This document shows positions 1 through 8,700 of a stretch of DNA of 10,358 nucleotides, in pieces. The notes beneath the pieces were generated by a model. It did not search any database and was not told the DNA's origin. It worked only from the letters and a program-made list of their open reading frames with translations. Source of the DNA: Pseudobacteriovorax sp. (GTDB lineage: Bacteria; Bdellovibrionota_B; Oligoflexia; Oligoflexales; Oligoflexaceae); the NCBI GenBank assembly GCA_050293845.1, contig JBNKNM010000129.1, positions 4,799-15,156 on the forward strand, given 5' to 3'. The translations under genes were made by a program, and so were the position numbers. Position 1 is the first letter of the stretch, and each line of letters starts with the position of its first letter.

Positions 1-1
1 G

Positions 2-190
2 ATAAAGCAAAGGTATTACCCTATGCGAGGATTTGGAGAATTTCATTCTGCAGCAATGATCTGCAGAGGCTTCGAAGAAATTAGGAATTTCTTCTTACCG
101 AAGTATAAAAACTCCTTCTCACTTAAAGAAAGACGTAGGATACTTGCGTCTAAATTGTTCAGTTTCAAAAAAATGATCGCTGTTTTTTAG
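2..190 (+). CDS. IS6-family transposase, C-terminal part (truncated by window start; not in ORF track)
   Basis: Frame 2 reads IKQRYYPMRGFGEFHSAAMICRGFEEIRNFF...VF* (TAG 188-190), matching the IS6-family segment after the catalytic Glu (DHRxIKxRxxPMxGFxSFxSA). An IS6-type IR follows. Confidence 0.85.
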   Translation: MKQRYYPMRGFGEFHSAAMICRGFEEIRNFFLPKYKNSFSLKERRRILASKLFSFKKMIAVF

Positions 191-232
191 GAACTGAGAA
201 GTGCGCTTCTTTTTGTCTTTAATTCAAGAACG

Positions 233-247
233 AAAATTGACAGAACC
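233..247 (-). repeat. IS6-family right terminal inverted repeat (partner outside window)
   Basis: Minus strand reads GGTTCTGTCAATTTT, 42 bp downstream of the transposase stop. Confidence 0.75.
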
Positions 248-260
248 TTTTTATTTGGCA

Positions 261-281
261 TATCATACGTGACCGGGATTT
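261..281 (+). repeat. IS4 terminal inverted repeat (downstream of transposase)
   Basis: TATCATACGTGACCGGGATTT is the exact reverse complement of 1662-1682. Confidence 0.95.
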
Positions 282-1679
282 CTTAAGTGTCTAGAATCTC
301 AATAGCCTAGAAGGCATGCTATGGTGGAGTTTCTCTTTTTTCGATTGGGATCGAAAACAAATTCTAAAAGTATCTTAAGCTTTAACTGGAGGTTCGCGAT
401 CCATGAATTGGTTATCCTCCTTCCAATTTTTAACCCTTCTAGTATTGCTTGCGCTCCTTCGCTGAAGGCCTTTGCTGATTTTAAGATTGATGTTGTCTTG
501 GAATAATCCTTACCATTCATGAGGTTAAGAGTCTCAGCTTCCGATCTGATTATGACTGAGAACATGTAGTTAATGAGGGCTATCAATGCAAACGATTCGA
601 CCGCATTTTTATTCAATGTTGGCATCCGATCAAAATTTAAAGTTGACTTCATCGCTTTGAAACTAAGTTCTACCTGCCAGCGTAAACGATACAGATTGGC
701 AACAATGCCACGAGGAGCGTCAATGTTGGTAAGATACCAATGGTAGGATTTTGACTTTTTGTTCCAGAAGCCAAGTACCCGAAATTCCATTTCATTTTTC
801 CCAATAAAGGCAGTAGCAAAGACTTCTACTATCGAGCCTCGCTTTCGATTGATTGGGATACTCAAAAGATCTTTACCAATAGCTGATTTCCCTATACCGT
901 AGACAACTTTGGATATGGTTAATTTTGCGTTTCCTTTCACACGGGTGAGAAAGTAGGATTGCTGATTGGATATTTTTTGCATAAGAATCGTAACCAGTAT
1001 CCAAGGTCGAAGATATACAAGCAGTCTTGTTGAATATCTGGGAACCGTTTACTGTCATGTGTCGAGCCAGGAGTAAGGTCAAACCAACTGATGCTGCCGG
1101 TTACCAAGTTAATGGCCATATGGAGCTTAGCTGCCGACTCCATAAAGGTTCCTTTAAAAACATCACTTAGGCCATCCCAGAGCGTAACCATGGAACTATC
1201 AACTCCAATGATTTTGTTTACGCCAAGTTTAACCGCTATTTCGGATGCCACTAAATTTGAGTCATTCGAAATCGTTGAATTGATAAGAATCTCAAGGGCC
1301 AACTTTAAATGCTTGTCCAAGCTTGTTGTGCCAATTCGTTCGTTAAACGCACTAGCACCGATAGAAAGGCCAAGGAATTGACAGACAGATAAGCGGATTT
1401 CAGAAAGGGAAAAGTTACCTTTTGCTTGGGCTACAGCCTGAAGAAGGCCAATTACAAAGTCGCTGTCTTGAATTTTAGCGCGCTTGTCAGATGAATTGAG
1501 TTTAGTTTGCAATTTTGACTTGAAGGAACGCAGAGAATCAACGAGCATGAGCATGGAGAGCATCCTATTTTCTATTTTTGGGACAAAGGTGGTACTTTTC
1601 CCTGGATCATAGGATGTGATCCACAACATTTAAAGATTATAGTCAGTTATCTAGGATTTAAAAATCCCGGTCACGTATG
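264..1679 (-). mobile_element. IS4-family insertion sequence, ~1.42 kb (ends could extend to 261/1682)
   Basis: Perfect 21-bp inverted repeat at 261-281 and 1662-1682 enclosing a DDE transposase. Ends are placed at the CAT within the IR because IS231/ISH8-type IS4 elements begin with CAT. Confidence 0.9.
299..1554 (-). pseudogene. IS4-family DDE transposase split by a single -1 frameshift near 973-995
   Basis: ORF 937-1629 has GVDSS (first Asp), KLH and FDLGY (second Asp). ORF 299-982 has YFLTRVK, YLTN and the IS4 Y-2-R-3-E-6-K signature YRLRWQVELSFKAMK. Joined length is ~418 aa from ATG 1554, which follows AGGA; ATGs at 1563 and 1629 are alternative starts. Confidence 0.88.
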
Positions 1680-1682
1680 ATA
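1662..1682 (-). repeat. IS4 terminal inverted repeat (upstream of transposase)
   Basis: AAATCCCGGTCACGTATGATA is the exact reverse complement of 261-281. Confidence 0.95.
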
Positions 1683-1991
1683 GAGGACTTTTCGGATTAA
1701 GGCTGAATAGTGACTGTCAATCTTGCTAGAGTCGGAAATAGATTTGATGTCTTCGCTGCCATTACCTGTAGGAGTAGAAGATTCTGGGAGGTTGTGGTCA
1801 CCACGGTCTTTTCTAAGATCCGCATTGTTGTGCCATTCTAAAATTCCCTCTACAAGATCAATACAATTCTTCCCGTCAACAACCTTAATAGATTTGTTGA
1901 GACGTGTGCGCTTTTCAATAGCTCTTGAGATAGTTGCCCGATTAACGTGTACGAGTTTTGCAAACTCAGATTGAGAAACAACCGACTTCAT
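1671..1991 (-). pseudogene. Phage terminase small subunit (lambda Nu1-like winged-HTH protein), 3'-truncated by the IS4 element
   Basis: N-terminal HTH SQSEFAKLVHVNRATISRAI, a wing ending IDL...EW, a flexible linker, then the start of a helix (HYSALIRKVLY), as in Nu1-like proteins. The last codons (H-T-stop) come from the IS4 IR. AAAGAG lies 5 nt before the ATG. Confidence 0.62.
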
Positions 1992-2379
1992 TTTTACTCT
2001 TTCATTTTGACATTGTGCTATGCAACACCCGACATTGATCAGGTTATTGAGAAATAGCGGATCTCGACTTTGCAGCCATTGATACTCAAGGATTTCAAAT
2101 TAACGTATTTGAGACTTTTGATTGGATGGAATTATTTTTTTGCCAAAAAAACTAAATCATTAAAACGGCAAAACCTCTGTAAATAGAGTCTATTACTCAG
2201 CTAGCAATTTGTTGATGATGAATGACACCTTGGCAATAGACACCAAGTATCACGTCACATTTAATGAGTTTTGCTATGCCACTATATTTATATTCATAAT
2301 AACGATGAGTTATAGTCAAACTCTTAGCGAAAGAAATATGCCAACTAATACATTTTATTTTTAAACTTCTGCTCGAAGT

Positions 2380-2476
2380 GGGCAACACGCGCAACAAATT
2401 TAAATCCGCATTTTATCCAACTATATTAGATAGTTAGATATCATAAAAACTGATTTAATCATGCTACTTGTTGCCC
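2380..2476. repeat. Nested imperfect inverted repeat centred at ~2427-2429
   Basis: GGGCAACA 2380-2387 / TGTTGCCC 2469-2476; TTAAATC 2400-2406 / GATTTAA 2452-2458; TATCCAACTAT 2414-2424 / ATAGTTAGATA 2430-2440 (10 of 11 match). Confidence 0.7.
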
Positions 2477-2513
2477 CAAAATATTTTTAAAAATCGAGGG
2501 AGAGATCGAAGTT

Positions 2514-2551
2514 GGGCATCCACCCATCGGGGAAATGCTCTGGAAGGACCC
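2514..2551 (-). other. Putative lambda-type cos packaging site (cosQ- and cosN-like)
   Basis: Minus strand has GGGTCCTTCC (2551-2542; lambda cosQ is GGGTCCT). 19 nt after the heptamer comes the partly symmetric 12-mer GGGTGGATGCCC (2525-2514), then an AT-rich tract. Orientation points toward the Nu1-like gene. Confidence 0.5.
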
Positions 2552-2735
2552 AAAAACCTTACCAATAAAGGGATTTAGCTGTCAATAGTATTTTTGAAAT
2601 GCTTATCAAAGAAAAAAATTACTCGTTTTGAGAAGCATGCCTCCTAATGCCTCTCGACTGACTTGGCTCACTGTAGTAACTCGTGCGTTCATTAGACGCT
2701 ATTACTCTTTCAAATCAACGAGGCGGTTAGTATAA

Positions 2736-2798
2736 ATGGTTAAGTATTTGTTTAAATTCAGTTTATTTCTTTTGCTACTGCAAAATTTTGCATGGGCT
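2736..2798 (+). other. Sec/SPase I signal peptide (21 aa)
   Basis: MVKYLFKFSLFLLLLQNFAWA|QF: basic n-region, hydrophobic core, A-W-A cleavage motif. Confidence 0.85.
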
Positions 2799-5700
2799 CA
2801 GTTTAATCCTGGAGTCAACCTTAAGGAGAATTTTAAGGTCAATACACAAGGCGCATCAACCTACACAATCCCTATAACGATCCCTGATGGCATTAGGTCA
2901 GAGGAAATGAAGCCGGAATTGGCCTTTGTCTACAACAGTCAATCCGGCAAAAATTATCTAGGGAAGGGCTGGTCACTCAGTGGCTTAATGGAAGTTAGCC
3001 GATGTAATAAAACCTTTGCTCAAGATGGTAATAAACAATATTCTTCGCTTTTTTCATCTAGATTTGGAAAGTTTTGCTTTAACGGCCAACGACTAAATCC
3101 TGTTCTTAATGATCAATGGGAAGAGAATGCTCTATTCAAAACCGAAATAGCAACGGACCTAACCTTTAAATCCCAAGGGGAATGTGGCACTGAAAGTCCT
3201 TGCTCATTTATAGCGACTAATCGAAAAACGGGCGTCAAAATGGAATTTGGCAGCTCTCTTAACTCAAGGATATACTTTGAAGGTCGCAGTGATAAAGCAT
3301 TCCTTTGGGCACTAACTAAAGTTTATGATAAAAACGGCAATTACTGGAGTGTCGAATATGATAGACATCCAAATGCATTCTACCCAATGAAAATACAATA
3401 CTCTCAGAATGATGCTCTTACACAGATAGATCGCGAGATTACTTTTGAATATGAAAATCGAAATGATTATCACCCAAAGTATATTTCTACACTTGCAGGT
3501 GGAATCAAATTAGAAAGACGTAAGCGATTGAAAAGAGTTAATATATCTGTCGATGGTGAGCAGTTAAAAAGCTACGTCTTAAATTACGGCTACTCAAATA
3601 CGACTCATGCGAGTTTAATCAATTCGATCGATGAGTGTGCTCTAAATGAATGCCGAGAAATTGCAAGCTTTACATATCATCAGCCAGGCAACGGTTTTAC
3701 AGACAACCAGTTCAATCTTCCAGGTAAAATCTTTTTTAACGACAAAGATTCATCGAAATTTAAAGTCGAAGGTACCTTAGAAGATTTTAATGGTGACGGC
3801 ATCTTAGATTACGCCAATGGAACTTGCTATGACAATGGCTCTTGTAACGACAAACAGGTTCATTTAGGCACGGGAAAAGGATTTATACGCTCTAACTTTA
3901 AATTAATATCAAAAACCAATTACAATGAATTTAATGGTTGGAGAGCGAAGCTTGAATCTGTTTTTACTGACTTCAATGGTGATGGTCTTATAGATTTTAC
4001 CAAGGGCACTTGTTGGGTTGGTTCTCACTGCGAGCATCGCGTTCATCTTAATAATGGTGAGGGTTTTAATAGCAATCCATCCTTTAATCTTTGGGGAAAG
4101 CTCTATTTGAACGAGACTGGTGGCTGGAACTATAGAACAGAAGGGATCTTGCGGGACTTCAATGGTGATGGCCTTCTCGATTATTCTCCCGCATTTTGTA
4201 GAACAAATGGAAGTTGTAGTATAAGGGTATATCATGGAACAAAAAACGGCTTTATCGATACTGGCTATAACCTACCAGAAAAGGTATTTCAAGTAGATGA
4301 AACTGGAAGATGGGGAGGAAGACAAGACGCGATCCTAGAAGATTTTAATGGGGATGGTTTGGTAGACTTTGCACGTGCGTCTTCAGCTTCAGACCGAAGC
4401 ATATGGCTCAGTACTGGAAATGGCTTTAGAAAAGCTGACTACAAGCTACCTAAACATCAAATTTATAGTTTTTATGGTTCAACAGATAATTTTAAGTCGA
4501 AGTTAGAAGGAATATTTGCCGATTTTAATGGAGATGGCCTTGTAGATTTTAGTCGAGCAACTTGTTGGGACGAAGGCAACTGTGATCTTGATATTTATCA
4601 CAACACAGGAAAAGGCTTTGTAAATTCAGGATATAGACTCCCAGGGCATATTTTAAAAAACGAATCACGAGGATGGCGAGTCATAAAGGAAGGTCTTTTG
4701 GCCGATTTTAATGGCGATGGTTTGCTTGACTTTGCTAGTGGATTATGTGATCGGAGCGAGCAATGCGATAAACAAATATACTTCGGAACGGGGAGGGGTT
4801 TTGTATCTGCAGGAGAGAACTTTCCTAGTTCCAGCTACTTTCTACCAGGAAAAGCATTTCATCTTATGAATACCTGGGAGATTAAAACCGAGGCTGTATT
4901 TGCTGATTTTAACGGCGATGGTGCAATAGACTATACTAGGGGAACTCATTGGAATAGCGGACGAAAAGATTACGGTATTAAGTTGAATAAGGCGATTAAT
5001 CCCGACGCTTTAATTGCCATTAAATCTGGTCTAAACTCAGAAGTTAAAATTGAATATAAGCCAATGACTAATGGAGAAATCTATACTAAGGGAAAATCAG
5101 GATCCTATCCCAACGTGGATGTTCAAACTCCTAGGTTTCTAGTGTCAAAATACACACTTTCAGATGGTATTGACAGTAACTATAATTTTCGCTTCAAATA
5201 TGAAGCGGCAAAAGTAAACCGACAAGGTCGTGGTTGGTTAGGTTTTGCAAAATTAGTCGAAATAAATGAAGAGGCAAGAATAAAAAGCACTCGATATTTT
5301 CATCAAAATTTTCCACTACAAGGTCGCATTTCTCGCATTGAGATATCTGATCTCAACAATAATTTGATGAAACGATCTCGATACACTTATGATTATATTG
5401 AGAAAATAGGAGAACGTAAGAAATATTATATTGTTAATATTACACAGATTGATGATGATCTTTACTTGGATGGTAGGTATAACTATACCCTCAGAAAAAA
5501 GTTCAATTATGATGGTTCTGGTAGACTAACGTCTCAATTGAATCTAGGTGATCTTAACAAGGTAGGAGACGAAGTCTATGAGTGTTACCGCTATCAAACC
5601 GGAAGCTTTTTAGCCAGCTACAAAAAAATCACAAAAAACATAGAAAGCTGCAGTCGTCAATCGATTTCTTCGTTTAATGGGACGTCTGATTTAAACCTTA

Positions 5701-8700
5701 CAAAGTTTGATTGGGATAACTTCAAGCTGAAGAGTAAAAAAATATTCGATGATACAATCGGTAGTTTTGTCGGATCGACTTACGAATATTCAGATACTAC
5801 AGGGTCCTTAGTTGCATTAACCAATCAGCTCGGTGCTACAACTAACATAGAGTACATTGGCGATTGGACCGTTAAAAAAATCTATCCATCTATCAAGAAT
5901 GGCAGCCGGCTGGAAGCAAAAAGCCAATATAACAAGTTTGGCAGCATTGAATCGACACTCGATTTTAATCATAATGAGTTGCGGTATGATTACGATAGTT
6001 TTGGACGTATCAAAGGGATTAGGGGGAACTCTACGATTGATGGTAGCGATATCCAACTTGTGGATATTAGCTATTCCTACTGCAAAAATCGGGACGATTG
6101 TCAGTCAGGATTTGTAATTGAAAAGCGAAGCCGAAATAATTGGTATGAAGATAGTGTTGCCAATTGGAACTGGAGCCGTGAATATTATGATGGCTTGGGT
6201 CGCCTTTATTTGACTCGCTGGCAGTCTGGTGATAATGGTGAGAAAATTTCAGAAAAAAGAGTTATTTTTGATCGGCAAGGTCGCGTCTTCAAGGAATCTA
6301 TACCATATTTTCAAGGGGAGACTCCCCAGTGGGTCACGCGCACCTATAAACGCCATAATGCACCGGAATCTACTATTGGTCCCATGGGAGGGATAACGGC
6401 CTACTGCTACGCCCTCGGCGACCAGGACTTTGCTTTTTCCGATATTTGCCAAGATCCAGATTTAGATGACGATCAAAATGCTGGTAGACCAGGTCAAGAT
6501 GAAGTCGACTATTACCAGGAACTGATCGACAAAATTGAAACATCAGCAAATAATGGACCAAGCCTCACGGATGGCAATCGCCAGATGTTAGTCAAAATGT
6601 CTGATCCTCAATTGAGAAATGATGGAAATTCTACGATTGTTTCCATGCGTCAGATTTTAAATTCAGCGGGGCTACCAACTCAAATTATAGATGCAGCCGA
6701 TAACACAGTATCAAAAGTTTATAATGAATTTGGACAATTGATCAAAACTACTGATGCTAAAGGGGTACAAACGAGGTTTACATACAACACACTTGGACAA
6801 GTCGTACAAGTTGTGGATAACTCCCGAGGCACGCAAATTTTCAAATATGATAGTCTCGGTCGTTTACAGTGGTCCAAGAATGACAGGAATATTATAACAG
6901 AATATTACTATGACAACCTCAACAGGGTTGTTGCCAAAGAAACATCCCAAGATCAATCAAATGCCAATATCGTTATTTTCAACTATGATGAAACAACCTA
7001 TAGTAATGGACTTGGTCGACTAACTTCCACTGAATGGGATGAAGGACCAAGAAAATACAAAAAGGTTTGGGCCTACGATAATTTTGGTCGTGCCATTAGT
7101 ACCATCCAAGTTGTATCAGAAGGCACAAGTTCGGAATCTTTTGCAACCCAAGTATCCTACCTACCTAATGGGCAAGTAGAAAACATTACCTATCCCGATG
7201 GCTCTAAGGTTCACTATAGTTACAATGGTAGTTCCTTACTAGCAAATGTGAAGTTGCAAGAATCAGATAATCAGAACGAATTTAAAGAGGTCGTGAGCTA
7301 CAGTAATTACAATGCCAGTGGTCAAGCGGAATCCATCCAATTTGGTAATGGAGTTGTGAGTAGAAAGGAATTTGATGTTTTAGGTCGACTGACTAGCGCA
7401 TCAACCACCCTTCCTAGTGGTAATGTAGCTGACAGTGCCATCTATCATTGGAATAAAGCCGGTAAACTCTACAGTATAGATAGCATGGTGGGTGCATTTG
7501 GCGATCAGGACTTTTTCTACAACCAGCTCGGTCAATTGATCAAGGCTACTGGATCATACGGTACCAAAGAGTACCAGTACGACGAAAGTGGCAATGCTGT
7601 TAAATTAGGTGCCCTAAGGTTTACTTACCAAGAAAATAAAAAACATCTCCTTAAAAGTATTGTTGATCAAAATGGTCAAGAACTAGGAAGCTATTATTAC
7701 GATGAAGTGGGTAACTTGCTAGAACAGCCTATTATCGTCGATGGTCAGGTCAATACTACTAATAAAAAGTACTTTACTTATAATTTAGAGAATCGCTTAG
7801 AAAGCGTCGCCATTGGCCCATCACGATCTGAGGCTAGTATTGTATCGTCCTTTACCTATGATCCATTAGGTCGCAGGATACGAAAAGTAGAAAGTGATGG
7901 TCTGGTTACGCGATACATTACCAATGCATATGAAGTTACTGAGCTTAGCGATGGTAAAACACTCCATACGAAAAACATCGCTGGGTCCGGTGGTATTGTT
8001 GCGGCTACCACCAAGGTTTATACCAAGACCACTGAGGCAGCAGCCTTCCAAAAAAACAGTCGTAGTGTGAAACTAGCCTCACTCAACTATTCAGCGTTTA
8101 ATGGCGCCTTAGAAGGATTATCCTCCATTGCAGGACAATTTTCTGCATCGTTGGGAACACTTTTCCCTAAAATTGTGTTAGCTCTACTCGCTTTGCTAAT
8201 GAGTTTATCACTTGTGTCCATTTACAGGCTACGATCACCAAATTATCGCTTTGCCACAGCTGCGTTGATTTATGGTTTAGTTTTTACCCTAATAACGACC
8301 AGTGGACCTAGCTCCTTAATGGCTGCGATGACTGCGGGTGAACATGGTATGGGCGTACCCCAAGGCATGCGCTTCTTCCATCAAAATCATCAAATGAGCA
8401 GCAATGTTGTCAGTAATGAAGCAGGGAAAGAGGTGGCAAGGGTTGCCTATGAGCCCTTTGGCCTGGTCAATACCAAAGAGAGCACCGGCGAAGATAGTTT
8501 TAGGCAAAAATATACTGGCAAAGAGCTTGATAGCAAAACCGGCCTTTACTACTTCGGTTCCCGATACTACGATCCCGTAATGGGCCGCTTCTTAACTCCA
8601 GATCCTGCTTGGCAATACGATAGCCCTTATATTATGGGAGCTAACGATCCCTTAAGCGGGACGGACCCCGATGGAGAGTTTTTTATTGGCCTTTCAATAT

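Larger units (their letters stand above)
1..247 (+). mobile_element. Right-hand portion of an IS6-family insertion sequence
   Basis: IS6 transposase C-terminus plus AAAATTGACAGAACC (233-247), whose reverse complement GGTTCTGTCAATTTT resembles IS6-family ends (GGTTCTGT/GGCACTGT as in IS257/IS26). Confidence 0.8.

Noticed and set aside
321..1381. Small ORFs 321-506 (+), 873-1082 (-) and 1091-1381 (+)
   Set aside because: Antisense or alternate-frame shadows of the IS4 transposase.
1723..1974. 83-aa plus-strand ORF
   Set aside because: Antisense to the HTH/terminase-like gene, which has the recognisable motifs.
2135..2194. T7-GCC-A7 (2135-2151) and AATAGA-G-TCTATT (2182-2194) palindromes as terminator or operator
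   Set aside because: Short AT-rich arms are likely by chance, and there is no GC stem with a U-tract.
2197..2397. 66-aa minus-strand ORF in the intergenic region
   Set aside because: TTG start within the dyad element, no clear RBS and no recognisable motif.
3783..4930. Recurring GAYTTYAAYGGNGAYGG motif at ~185-bp period as a CRISPR or DNA-level repeat array
   Set aside because: Copies vary at synonymous positions and stay in frame, so they are protein repeats (DFNGDG).
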